From the NCBI GenBank assembly GCA_964016885.1, contig OZ024741.1:108562001-108626000 (forward strand): a stretch of 64,000 nucleotides of DNA, written 5' to 3'. The notes below the pieces were generated by a model. It was given only the letters and a program-made list of their open reading frames with translations. It was not told where the DNA came from and did no database searches. The stretch comes from Eledone cirrhosa (lineage: Eukaryota). Made by a program: the position numbers and the translations under genes. Shown here piece by piece: positions 11,323-24,842 of the stretch (within the stretch, counting starts at the first letter, position 1; each line of letters begins with the position of its first letter).

Positions 11323-14190
11323 ATGAAAAATAACCGAGGTGTCCTACACGAGTGAAAGTATAAGGAAAAAAGATGAAATCGAAAATGCAACTAAAGTCTT
11401 TTTTTTTTTTAATATATATATTTATTTGGTTCCTTTACCGGTTTCGCAGTTCTTCAGTTTTATATGGAAAAAATTGGCTCGACATGCCAGGTTTTTAGAG
11501 AAGTAATTTGGTTGGTTGGTGTATAATAAATTTCGCGCCACCAGTTCGCGTTACAAAGTTCTCAATATATTTGCCTTCAAACAAAGAGGGGGTGGGGGTG
11601 CTCAGGCTGTTTTTTTTCATATATGAGTGAAGTTTGGTTGGTTGATGCAGTTATGTGAATAAGCACATCAGCTGTCGCGCCAGTTTTTGTTTGAATTTCA
11701 TTTTACTTTAAAAAAAGTGGCTCACGAAGGCTTTTTTTTATAAATGTAATTTGATTGGTTATAAATGAAATTATGACTGTCATGTGAACAAGTACATTAA
11801 ATTTCGCGCCCGTATTTCGGAATTTATTTTGTAGCCTTTTAGAGAATTTTGTGCCAAACAAAAGATAATGGTCAAGAAAAATGGGATGGGGATAATTGTT
11901 CTGGTTCAGTGAATATGGCTGGTGCGCTGGGGTATCAGAATTCAGACTTTCTATTGAAATAAAGAAAGTAGAGATATGTATGTTTATTTGTGTGCTTGTG
12001 TGTGTGTGTTTGTGTGTGTAGGAAGATGATTCTATTAGTAGAAATGGGGGAGGGAGTTGTGTGTGTGTGTATGAGTGTTATGTGTGTGTGTATGTGTGTG
12101 TGTGTGTGGGAGTATGGTTAGCATGTTAAGATGGAGAGAATATATATATTTTGTGTGTGTGTGTAGGATAATGATTCCGTTAGTAGAAATGGGGGAGGGA
12201 GTTATGTGTGTGGTGGTGGTGGTGGTGGTGGTGGGGGGGGGGTTAGCATCTTAAGGTGTTAGAGTATTAACGTATGTTAAGGTTTATTTAGTTCTGGTTT
12301 TTATTTTCTAAAGTAGAAGGTGTTATGTGTGTGTGTATGTATGTGTCTGTTTGGATGGTTATTATTTTATGGTGTTGACATAATGTATATTAAACCATAT
12401 TTAATGCTGGTCTATATTTTTGAATAAACATATTTTCCTTATTTATTCGTATTTGTTATGTGTGTATTGTCAGCGCAAAGGTAAAATGGAAAGACTTGGA
12501 ATTTGGGTGTCTTATTACTTGCGCATATGTCTAGATGTGCACTTAGTGGTATCTGTCTTGTGGTTGGTTCTCGTAATTGTTGGCGATGAACTGTCATTCT
12601 GTTTCTGAGTGTGAGTTTAGTTTGTCCTATATAATCTTCATTACATCCTTTACATTTAATGGCATAAATTAGATTGTTTGATGAGCAAGTGAAGTGATTT
12701 TTTACAGCAAAGTTTTGCCCTGATTGAAATGTATAAGTGTTGCCTTCAATGAGGTGAGTGCAGGTTCCACAATTAAAGCGACCACATTTTTTGACAGTTG
12801 GTTGTGGGTTTGTGGTAGGTAATTTGGCATTGGTGAGTAATGTTTTTAGTGATTCCGGTTGTCTTTTGCTTTTCATTATTTTGTGTTTCAAGGGCTTTTT
12901 CCATTCTTGGATCTTGTTTCAATAGTGGGATGTTCTTGTGAATAGTGTTGTAAGCTTCCGCATTTCTTGGGTTGTGTGTTGAGATATATGATAGAATATT
13001 GGAGGTACCTTGAATTTGTTTCTGTCTTCGTAATTCATCATGCCTATTGCTTTAGCCCTTTCTATTCCATTATTTATTAGTAATGGTGGATACTGTCTTT
13101 CGAGTAGAATTTCCTTTAATTCTTGAAGTCTTTTATTTCGCGTTTCATAATTGGAGACAATTGTGCAAATTCGTCTTGCTAGGTTAAAATGGATGTTCGT
13201 CTTCGTGTGCTTTGGATGGTTGGAGGTGAATAGCAGGTATTGTTTGGGATCTGTTTGTTTGTAGTGTATGTCAGTTTCAATATTTGTGTCTTTTTTAAAG
13301 ATTAAGATGTCCAGAAATGGGAGTTGATCTTGGCAGTATTCCATTGTGAATTGGATGTGGTTATTGATGCCGTTAATTAATCTTTTGAAAATGAGACAAT
13401 CATCAAAGTAGCGTTTCCAATTCTCTGATAAATATTTGTGGAAGTTCAATCCGTATTTTGATTTGGACTGTTTATATATCTGGACTTCTAAGTATGCCAT
13501 GACTAAGTTGGCATAAGTTGGAACGGCTTTTGTACCCATCGCAGTCCCCGATATTTGCTTGTAAGTACTGTCATCGAAATCGAAAAAGTTGTTCTGTAAA
13601 ATAAATTGTAATCCCTCGGTGATGAAGCTTTTTTCTATTCTGTCAGGTATCTCATTGGGATATTTCTCTAGCCAGAATCTTATTGCTTCTAGTCCGTATT
13701 GGTGTGGGATCGTTATGTAGAGATTCACTACATTGAAAGACACAATAATAGTGTCGTTGTTGACATGTTTGGGGAGGTGGTTTAAAAGGTCGAGATCGTC
13801 TCTTACAAGGCTTGGTACGTTTTTGAGAATTTGTTTTAGTAGTATGTCTATAAAGTTGCTTAGTCTGTGTGTTTCACATTGTGGGCCCGCTACAATTGGT
13901 CTTAATTTAAGGCCTGTGGGGTATTGTGTGTTCTTGCAGGTTGGTGTGGATTGTTTACAAGCATCGTTAATTATTTTACACTTGTGGATCTTCGGAAGTC
14001 CGTAAAGGTTGCTGGTTTTGTATTCAAAATGTGTTAAATAATCGCGTTCCTTATTAGTTAAGTCTTTCTGGTATCGACAAATGAATGTGTTTAATCTGGT
14101 CATCGTTTTTTGATTGGTGGTAGTTTTTTACTCTTTCATAGTTGTTAGTATTTTGTAAGAGAGAGAACATAGAGTGTTTATATTGTTCAG
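11323..14190 (-). mobile_element. Neptune-type Penelope-like element (RT + GIY-YIG), 5'-truncated, frameshifted, with 3' UTR/pLTR
   Basis: ORF 12919-14103: LYGLPKIHK, LRPIVAG, GTAMGT, RYFDD, LPFLD, SNHP. ORF 12439-12891: CGRFNCGTC linker and NLIYAIKCKGCNEDYIGQT GIY-YIG. Flanked by TA arrays. Confidence 0.9.
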
Positions 14191-14223
14191 CATATATATA
14201 TATACATATATATACATATATAA

Positions 14224-14279
<56 letters not shown>

Positions 14280-14774
14280 GAATAGCTTTCCAAAGAACGG
14301 GGGGTAATGACAGTTAAATAATGTACTCAATACTACATTAGTAAAGAAGGTAGATATATATATTTATTTCATATAGAAATGACTTCTCTTGGACTAATGT
14401 TGTAGAAGCCATTTCATCATAAACATATAAACGTACACATTCGCATACACCTGAAATGTTATCTAACAGTTTTAGACCACCTTTGAAGCTTACCTATCAA
14501 CCAGCCAGCTGACCAGCCAACCAGTAAAACTACCTGTGATGTATTTGGAGGTAAATAAAACAAAATAATGCCATTATCTAAATAAATAAACAAGTATTGA
14601 ATGGTGGGGATGTGGGTGACTATATGAAGAGCAAACAAAGGAAGCCGCAGTGATTTCATTGGTCTAAAAGTATTACAGTATACGGCAGGCTGTTCAAGCT
14701 GTGAAACCTCATTCACACCCCACTGATTTGGGACATTATTTTTCTTTTCAAATCACATGTTACACAAACACACA

Positions 14775-14776
<2 letters not shown>

Positions 14777-14823
<47 letters not shown>

Positions 14824-14872
14824 TCTCTGTCTCTCTCTCTCGCTCTCTCTCTCTCGCTCTCTCTCTCTCTCT

Positions 14873-14908
<36 letters not shown>

Positions 14909-14930
14909 CTCTTTTTCTCTCTCTCTCTTT
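14777..14930. repeat. (CT)n microsatellite
   Basis: Direct sequence. Confidence 0.95.
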
Positions 14931-16229
14931 CATACGTGCTCTATTCCTCACTCTCTTACTCTCTCTCCTTTTCGCTTACCTTCTGTTGTCTCTTTAGGTA
15001 TCTCTATTTCTCTTTTCGTTACTCTTTCTTTACAATTACCGTACTTCTGTCACTACTTTTTCCTTCCACGCTCGTTCAATTTCTCTTACACGTTCTTATT
15101 TCATTCTTCTCTCTCCAACTATCTTATTCTTTCTTATACTCTCTCTCTTAATGTTTTCTATATTTTGTGCGCTAACACTCTCAACGTCTATCTCTCTCAC
15201 TATATATATATAACATGCCTAAATAAATCGGAATAAAATATATAAAACAATCTGCAAACTGGCATATACCTTCCGAGGTACTCTGAAGCAAAGTAGTGTT
15301 ATTGATGCTTCGTTCGTCAGCCAATGGAAAATGGATACATGCACACACACATACACACACATGCACGCACACATACACATACACTCACACACATATTTAT
15401 GAATATATATATATATATTCTCGCACACATATATTCATAGAAACAAATAGTACAGTCCTGTCTCTTTTTAAGCTCACACACACTCTTTTCCCTCACTCTT
15501 AGCAGATATCGCGAGAACACTTAGTGAACTGGCCCAATTTAACGCTCACTGGTTGGCTGGCTGCTTTGTGGTTCTGTTGGTTGCCTGGCTGACTGACTGG
15601 CTGCCTGGTTCACTGCCTTGTTTATAGCGTCGATCTTATAGTACACACTGTCCTCCTTTACCGTTTCACATGTTTATACATATAGCTATCTATTACTGGG
15701 CGCGCGCCTATACTTGTTCGATTGCTGTTTGTGTGCGTGCGTGCGTGCGTGTGTGTATGCGTGACTATGTGCAAGTGAGTATATACGGTGAATGTGTGTC
15801 TTGGTATGCGGTATGTTTGTGTGCATGTTATTGCATATGTGAGTTCGTGTGTGTTGCTGTTTATTTATACTCGTCAATGCAAAGGGGCATGTTGGTGTGC
15901 TTGTGAATGCATACCTGAGTCAAGTCTGTATGTTTGTATGTGTAAATATACATATTTATTTGGAATGTGATTTAGTGTTTACCTATTTCTTACTAATGAT
16001 TTAAACTTGTATTTTACTAATTTAGTTACAGTACTAGTAACTTTGGGGAGGGGAAATTCGATTATATCGACCACAGGACGTAATGCAAAGAAGCATTTGA
16101 ATGGACTTGAACTCTGAATGTACAGAGCCGGAACAAATATGATGAGGTCTTTTTTCCGACGCCCCAACGGTTCTAGAAAATCATAATGTTTTCTAATTTA
16201 GGCCCAAGGCCAACAATTTCGAGGAATCT

Positions 16230-16373
16230 GACAGTGGTTATTGGTACTTCATATTATAGACTCCGTAATGGTGAAAGGTAAATTTAACCCCGACGGGATT
16301 TGAAACCAGAACACGAAGGCTGTAACTAAATGCCACAAAGCATGTTGTCCGACGCTCTACCGATACTGCCATT
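16230..16373 (-). mobile_element. Degenerate tRNA-derived SINE
   Basis: Reverse complement contains tggcagtatcggtag and ggtttcaaatcccg. Confidence 0.65.
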
Positions 16374-16954
16374 CCATTTTACTCCATGTACGTTCATGAC
16401 CGTATTATTCCTGCTCCTGCATTATTAATTTTCGCGTCCCATCATTAGTTCCTACGTTCGATCCCATTTCATTGTATCGAACGAATAACTGAATGCTTGT
16501 CTTTGCATCAATCTTAGGGAGGACTCATATTTTATATAACTCTAATGATTTAATAAACAATAAGTGGGATACGGAGCTTCCAGTGGAAGATTTGTAAAAC
16601 AATATATGAGTGTTAACAATTACTCCCTTCCGGACCCTCTTCGAGGTGTCGAGGTACGTCACCCTTGTACGTCCATCCCACGCTGTCAAGGATAAATCAC
16701 AGGCACATTGGCAGTTTAATTTTTCAGTGTTACATGGAAACTAACTAAATATTTTCGAACAGGCTCCTCTACCTTATGCCTAAATATGTCTCTTGTTACT
16801 CTACATGAACAAAGAAGCGGTATGATTGCTTTATTTCAACTAATTACATTGCAGTTTTTATAGTCATATTGGCGCTCGTCACCAATTTGGTGATTTTCTC
16901 AGACGCGGGAAGGCTAGGCTTTTGGTAAAGGCGACCAGCATTAATGTCGCTGAT

Positions 16955-17170
16955 TGTGGTAGTGTTGTTGTTGTTGGTGGTGATGGTGGTATGATTGTGG
17001 GGGTGATAAATGTGGTGGTGGTAGTGATGGTTATGGTTGTGGTGGTTGTGGAGGAGGTGTTAATGCTGGTGGTGGTTGTGTAGGAGGAGGTAATGCTGGT
17101 GGTGGTTGTGGAGGAGGTGTTGATGCTGGTGGTAGTAGTATTGTTGTTGTTGGCGGGGATTTTGTTGGTG
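16955..17170. repeat. GGT/GTT-rich low-complexity repeat with ~30-bp units (taatgctggtggtggttgtggaggagg)
   Basis: Direct sequence. Confidence 0.7.
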
Positions 17171-17274
17171 GGATATATATATATCTGTGTTAGATATATA
17201 TATCTGTGTTAGATTGACTTTAGATTAATGGAGCAAGATTTCAACAATCATTGTTTTGTATTATGAAAGTAATT

Positions 17275-17730
17275 TATTTTATTGTGTAATGTAAACTATA
17301 TTTACCGTACTGTGTATTATGTCAACTGTATTACTCTATTATATTGTGTTATATATGTTATCTTTGAGTCATGCCTGTTATATAATTTCATTTTAATCAT
17401 CTATGGTAATTGTATATGTAAACTGTGTCTGTTGCCTTGAATGTTATGTAATCCATGTTTACTCTATCGTGTGTTATGTAACCACTGATTTGGTATTATG
17501 TAAACTACATTGTATTATGGGTTGTGTAAAATATGTGTACTATATTGTCTATTATGTTAAGTATATTTACTGTATTGTGTGTTATGTAATCTGTGTTTAC
17601 TCTAGAAAGTATTATGTAATTTAAGTAAACTGTTATCTATGTTATGTAAATTGTTTACTTTATTTTGTAGTTATGTAAGTTATTTACTATATTTTAGTGT
17701 TATAGAAGTTATAGGCTACTCCAGTATTAA
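17275..17730. repeat. Degenerate ~29-30-bp minisatellite (core tattgtgttatgtaa..tgtttac)
   Basis: ttatgtaa-like cores recur about every 30 bp. Confidence 0.6.
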
Positions 17731-18086
17731 GTGTCTCGTCACAAACATTCAATTAGACTTCCATATTTATTGTGAAGAATTTAGGTTATTCTCTTTATTT
17801 GTACATTATTTTCAAATTTTCTTTTATAAATCTCCATCTCAATATTTAATACATCTAAGAATTTGTAGAGCGTAAGATGAAATTCATTATTTCCGCTGGC
17901 TTCTCTGTCATACATCCGGGATCTAAAAATTAATATACCAGTAAAGTATTTGCTAGCACTTTACTTTTGCAGACTTTCTGCCTAAATTGGACAACATATT
18001 TGATACATCTCCATGTAGTTGCAGTGGCGATAATGTGCTAACACTTTCAAAAATATAGCTGGTCATATCGACTGTATTAGTTAACT

Positions 18087-18530
18087 CAGAACTCCCAAAT
18101 ACCTGATGCGCGGGCTACACGTCGCCCGCAAACTACTTTTCTGTAGCCCATGGCAGAACTATTTTCAGGATAGATAATTTTACCATGCATGGTACAATTT
18201 ATTGCAATTTACTCTCGGAATATAATAAAATGGAAAAAAAACCCGGAATTGATCAAATGTGAACACGGAAAAAAGGCCATTTACGAAAAGGGAAAAACGG
18301 GATTAAGGAGAATTTGAAAATTAAAATGTGTCCCAATACATTTTATACTAATTCATATAGCCCACTTACAACCATATGGATATTCATTTTGACGAAGAAA
18401 ATAAATGAATAGCAGCCTATCATCTGTATGGTACAATATTATTGTAACTGGTGTTAATCACGCTCTCCTAATCTCACATTTGGCAAGCTGGGCCTCTATC
18501 CCAGGGGGTAATGCCCAATTTGACACCTTG
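18087..18530. mobile_element. Possible degenerate hAT-type MITE
   Basis: Subterminal gcgcgggctacacgtcgcccgc and terminal gcccaatttgacaccttgtg resemble hAT MITE ends; TIRs and TSD not clean. Confidence 0.3.
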
Positions 18531-18700
18531 TGTATCTGCTACATATTCTATTTATCACAGCATTATTTCATTCTACCTATTGTTTTAGTACTACCAAAAC
18601 TTTCTGTAATGATTTTTTATGCCCTCAATGTCTCAGTTTTAAATTTATCTAATAGTGTGTCCTTTTCTTTTTTCTTTCTTTTAATATTTTTCATTACCAG

Positions 18701-19928
18701 GATAAAGATTACGATGAACTTCGTAAAGAATGTCTCAGCGATAATGAAACTGAAGTTGAAGATGAAGATGAGGAGGAAGAAGACAATGATCAAGGTGAAC
18801 AAGAGGTGAATGGAAGCCGCATTCTGTACGATGGACAAAACGAGAAGTTGGCTGATGTGAAACCGTTTGTGAAACTAGGTAAAACTGGTGGAGACATCTG
18901 GACTGCTACTGTTGGTTCGAGGAACGACACAAACAGCACACTTTCCCGAAACAAACAACGCACTAATCAAGATGAAGTTGGAATTCCTGATAGTGGTGTT
19001 GGCGAAGATGGTGGTGATGATAATGGCGGGGGTATTGGTGGTTGTGGCGCTGGTGGATTTGATGATGATGATGATGAGTTTAGTGGTAGCAAAACACACA
19101 CTATTACGAATAGCATCACCACAACTATCAGCAATAACCAGAAGACGAACACAACAAACAGCAACGGCCACCACAACCATCACTATCACCAGCAGACGAA
19201 GGACAGCGACAACAACTACTACCCCAAACTGTCCAGTGGTGTAAGTGATAAGTCCTACAAGAAGGAAAATGGGCGGCGGCAGGTTTTAGAGTTAGATTAC
19301 ACAGCTGCGGATTTAGGGGACGGTGTGGATGAGGAAGAGGTGAGAGAGGATGAGGATGATGAAGATGAGACGGAAGTAGAAGGACAAAAAGAAGGGGAAA
19401 AGGTAGACGAGGAGGCAGAGGATTCCGCTGCGACGGAGATAGATGAGCCGCAAGCCGAGGATGAGCCTGAAGATGAAGAGGATGATGAGGACGAGGCGAG
19501 TATTGGGGAGAAAAAGAGTTCGAAAGCTGAAAGTTCAACAATAGATAAGACGCATTGTTATAAGAAAACCACGTCCAGCGACCGCAAGGTACACTTAACG
19601 TCGCAACGCCTGCGTCCTTCGAACGGACTACGTGAAAGTAATAGTAGAAGGTTTAGACCAAATGGCAAGCGTTCCACCCGGGAGCGCCGTCAACACCGCA
19701 ACAATGGCCGACACCGGTATTATGGTAGTGACGACGATGATGATGATGACGATGACGATGATGAGGATCATGATGAAGACGATGATGAAAATGATGATGA
19801 CGATAATGGTGATAGGGAGGCGGTAGTTGTGAAACGCTCTTTCGAAAGTATCAACCGTATTAACAATAATAGTAGTAGTAATTCTACTAATTCTAGTAAT
19901 CGCAGTAGTAATAGTAATAGTAGTTGTA

Positions 19929-19976
<48 letters not shown>

Positions 19977-20707
19977 GTAAATTTAGTAATAATCTTAGTA
20001 GTAATATTAGCGGTAGCATTAATAATAGTAGTAGTTGTAGTAGTAGTAATAATACTAGTAGTAGTAGTCCACATAGAAGTAGTAACGACAGTTCGAGCAA
20101 AACACACCACCACCACCACCACCATCATCATCATCACCACCACAACAACAACCACAACCACAACACAGACAACACCCAACAACATCACAACCATCATCAC
20201 AATAACCATCAGAATCATAAACGCACAACATACAATAGCACATATAGCAATATCCTCGACGGCAGTTGTAACAACAGAAGCAGTAATACCACCACTACAA
20301 CCACCACCAACAACAACAGCAGTAGCAGCAACAACAACCAACAGTTACAGCAACAACAACATCTTTACAACAGCCACAGTCATAACAGCAACAAGAGTAA
20401 AGAAATCGAAGACAGTAATCTCTCTAATTCTACAAGTTATATTGACAATGATAAGCCACAGCACTTAGACACTTCTGACCGTTATTCGAGTAAATCCTGG
20501 GATCGAAGCTCTTCTCCATCAACGGTTATCAAAAAGGCTAAGTACTGTAGCAGACGACAGGAGTATTGCAGCAGACGACAGGTTTGGTATCCACCAACTG
20601 GAGGCATACCACTGGAAGTTCTTGTCACTGATGTCACATATAAATGTTTGACTGTAACATTCGTTGAATGTGAAACAGAAAAAGGTTTCTTTAAGAATTC
20701 TGAATGA
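18701..20707 (+). CDS. Terminal coding exon of a Polycomb (CBX2/4/6/7/8-like) chromobox protein: long low-complexity region plus C-terminal Pc/C-box
   Basis: Acceptor tttttcattaccag at 18700; open frame of 668 codons to TGA at 20705-20707. The C-terminus WYPP..EVLVTDVTYKCLTVTFVECETEKGFF matches the CBX C-box (VTDVT..xTVTxxE....GFF) that binds the RING1 RAWUL domain. Confidence 0.85.
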
Positions 20708-21685
20708 TTCTAATAATGAGAACTGAAAAAAAGCACAAAAAACTTAAAAAAACGAAAAGAAAATATGAGAACACATATGCTCACATAAACAAAAACACAT
20801 TAATACACACACACATCCAAATACTTGCGCATTCGTACTTACACACGCACACTCACGTATACATGCATACACAAATACTCTCACTACATATACACGAATA
20901 ATCGTGTATACACTCATACACAAATACTTATATATACGCACATATACAAATATGCAGGCATCCACACATACACAAACAGTCCTGTGTACATACACTTACA
21001 ATAACCACGTATACAACTATCAAACATACATAAATATATGCAAGTATTCATATACAGACATTGACAAATATTTACACATAAACAAATACTCACACATGCA
21101 CACATACATACACAGACTCACACACACATACACACACAAATATTGACGTATACACACATACAAAAATACATGCACATACAATCATAATCATACAGCTGTA
21201 GACACATGCAAACATACCTAGATACTCACACAAAGCCATGCACACATATTATCTCACACGCATACGCACATATTCACATGCAGACACAGATACACAAATA
21301 AATAACTATGCACACATACAAGAATATCGTAAGTCAGGTGCCATATTTCTTTATCATTGTGAAAATACTACAATATTAAACTCATTGTTGTCTATCTAAA
21401 CAGCAAACAACATCTTGTTAATGTTGGAGTCAATAACTAAAGCGATGTACTGGCGGTGTCAGAAGGATGGGGTAGCCCTTTGTATTATTGCAAAAGTTAA
21501 ATCAATGTAATTGGTATTGAATATTTGCAGTAGCAAAATTGTAAAAGAAAAAAAGAAAAAAATGTTTAAGTGTTTTTTTTTTATTCATAAAATAATCAAT
21601 TCTGCTTCCCATGCAAGGGTATATACATACCTACACATACATCCACTACATACCCGTATAGACACAAGTACACAAACACACACAC

Positions 21686-21735
<50 letters not shown>

Positions 21736-21738
<3 letters not shown>

Positions 21739-21814
21739 CATCCTTACGCGGTCGATAAAATAAAGTACCGGTAATACACTGGGTTATTGCTGGCCTTGTA
21801 CCTAACGTAGAAAC

Positions 21815-21820
<6 letters not shown>
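21736..21820 (+). mobile_element. SINE 3' half between TA arrays
   Basis: tttcatccttacgcggtcgataaaataaagtacc...gtagaaacaatta. Confidence 0.8.
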
Positions 21821-21871
<51 letters not shown>

Positions 21872-21918
21872 CATATATATATATATATATGTATATAGAT
21901 GTATACACCTATATATAT

Positions 21919-21959
<41 letters not shown>

Positions 21960-21972
21960 TACTTATATATAC

Positions 21973-22011
<39 letters not shown>

Positions 22012-22553
22012 TATATACTTATACACCTATATGATTACATACAAATCATTACATATTACATACATACATACTCGTATATTTATATGCAGGTATTCAGGAT
22101 AACAAAAAAACAAAAATCAACGACAACACCGACAACAACATAAACAACAGCAACTGCAACAATAATTATAACAAATAAACCTAAAAATATATCTGTAAAA
22201 AAACATTAATTCCTGTTTGAAATGACAAAAAAAAAAGAAACCTCTTAATATTTTTGATCTCGATGAAAACATTGACTTTTTCACGTCTAAGCAAAGGATC
22301 TGCAATAGCTGTTGTTTCTCTTGTTGTTTTGTTGTTGTTGTCACTATTGTTGTTGATGTTACTCCTGTTGGTTGCGTTCAGCTTGCAATTGATTCATCAG
22401 CGTTTCTTTGGAAAAGAATTATCAATATTATAACTCTTCTTGTTGTTGTTCTTGTCATTAATATTAAGATTATTACTGTTATTATTATAAATAATATTGT
22501 AATAATTATTACTACTAATAATGGTGATGATGATGATGATGGTGATAATGATG

Positions 22554-22603
<50 letters not shown>

Positions 22604-22734
22604 TTGTTTCCTTGGTCTAAATCCTAAAAGATATTCTTCCAATACTTTCATGAATGGATTATTGGATAATTATTCTAAGATAGCGGAAAGAAAATTCAGG
22701 ATATCGAGAGGATAAAATAGAATGCATGAACATG

Positions 22735-22866
<132 letters not shown>

Positions 22867-22969
22867 AATGTATATATAAATGTATATATATTTATATATA
22901 CTTATACACACACACACGCGCATATATGTATATATATATAAACATATATATATATATATATATGTATGT

Positions 22970-23300
22970 ATATCCGCACTTGTTGGATGAACCCATTCCT
23001 GGTTGACCTCCATTACTTTCTGTTTGATTTGGGTCATGTCAGGAGTGTAGCCATCCTTATCATGCTTGCTCAGTTGCGGGCTGGTGAGGCTATTTAATCC
23101 CCAGTTGGGGTGGATGTCTGTTGAATCTGAGGAGTTCGTCCCCACCTTTTAACAGTTCATTTTTTTTCCTGTTGCTGTTAGGTTTCCACTTACATTCCTC
23201 ACCAAAGTAGGATCTGATGGGGGGAAGTGGTTTAGTCACCCACCATTTGATCATGAAGCAAGTTACACTGGGTTACAGGATACTAGTAGCTGAAACGTAT
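22970..23300 (+). mobile_element. Degenerate copy of the (ACAT)n-tailed retroelement family
   Basis: ctcaccaaag...tttagtcacc...actgggttaca..tactagtagc matches 52995-53083. Confidence 0.45.
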
Positions 23301-23692
23301 ATATTTATATTTATATATATGTACCTGACCTGAAACGTTTATATATACAAAATGTTTGTGTGTATATGGATGCATGAATGTGTGCACGTATACGCATTGA
23401 AACCGCTATGAATCTATGATATTATGTATATATAAATATATATCATTGTTATATTACTGTACAAACTGAAGCAATATTTCAACAAATATATTTAACGCCA
23501 AAGAAGAGTTCAACTGAGGAAAAATTGAGGACTTGATTGCCTAAATTATTATGATAATGCCGAAACAAAATACATTTGAAAACTATTTGCAAAGATGTTA
23601 ACAATACCAGGTAAACACCCGCAAAATGTTCTTTGATAGTATAACAATGAAAAACAAATGTCCCTGCTTGTATGGGGTTTGTTTACTTGTGT

Positions 23693-23741
<49 letters not shown>

Positions 23742-24078
23742 CATAGGGTTTCGGTGTGGAGATTTTTAGTCACCCATAGATGAAAAAACATATTCAATGT
23801 CTATAAAAACGGATAATGCAACGCATAAATAGATTTGTTCGTATTCTTTTCAACATTTATATCGTTGATGAAGTTTAGCGAATATGACATGCTTAAACGT
23901 TAAAACCATTTTGCGATAATATAAACATGTGTGTGCGGCTGCGTCGCTAAGTTTGTATGTGAGTGTTTCTGTGTGTACAAATGCAATTTCTGTAATCAAC
24001 ACATGGCAAACAGAAAATGGCGGGAAATGAAATTGTGAAATGTTCATCGTCGTTCATCCTTTTTTATTTACTAATATT

Positions 24079-24222
24079 TTCTTCTTCTTCTTCTTCTTCT
24101 TCTTCTTCTTCTTCTTCTTCTTCTTCTTCTTCTTCTTCTTCTTCTTCTTCTTCTTCTTCTTCTTCTTCTTCTTCTTCTTCTTCTTCTTCTTCTTCTTCTC
24201 TTCCTCCTCCTCATTACCTTCC

Positions 24223-24252
<30 letters not shown>
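24079..24252. repeat. (TTC)n of about 40 units followed by (TAG)n
   Basis: Direct sequence. Confidence 0.95.
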
Positions 24253-24253
<1 letters not shown>

Positions 24254-24649
24254 GAAGGTATTCAACCTGCAGATCCTCTAGAGCTTTAAATGAAATGCTA
24301 TGTGACATTTAGTGACGTCATTTTACATTATCTGTTCAAATTCACATTACGTCATATTTTTCTTTCTACATTTTGTAGTGGGGTTCAGGGTTTTGTAGTG
24401 TTAGTTCATATTGACGGTCGCTACTCACTTCTATATTTGTTGGTCACCTCAGAAGAATTGCGCCTATTTTAAGAAATCCGTATCTATTTCTAGTGTATAA
24501 TGTGTGTGTAGAAATATATATATATATATATATGTATATATATTTGTATGTATAAATATGTGCATCATATGCATATATACATTTTTTAACAACCACTACT
24601 GTAACCATTTCCAAGCTATTACACAATTTTTCCTGAAAGGAAAGCACAG

Positions 24650-24842
24650 GGTGGTGGATTGGCAGTATCGGTAGAGGGTCGGACGCCATGCTTTGACGCA
24701 TAGAGTTACGGCCCTTGCTATTCTGAGTTCAAATCCCGCCGAGGTTAACTTTGCCTTTCATCCTTACGGGGTTGATAAAATAAAGTACCAGTAATGCACT
24801 GGGATAATTGCTGGCCTTGTGCCAAAAGTAGAAACAATTATA
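24650..24842 (+). mobile_element. tRNA-derived SINE, full length
   Basis: A/B boxes; near-identical to 9655-9842 and 36094-36286. Confidence 0.9.

Noticed and set aside
11425-11460. Functional hammerhead in the Neptune pLTR (minus: CTGAAGA-actgc-GAAA-ccgg-ta)
   Set aside because: Core motifs are present, but stem II cannot pair and stem I is not adjacent; the homologous copy at 42320 lacks CTGA.
17275-17730. CRISPR-like array
   Set aside because: Degenerate tandem minisatellite without unique spacers; eukaryotic context; no cas genes.
19128-20341. Antisense and alternative-frame ORFs over the Polycomb exon
   Set aside because: Shadows of trinucleotide repeats.
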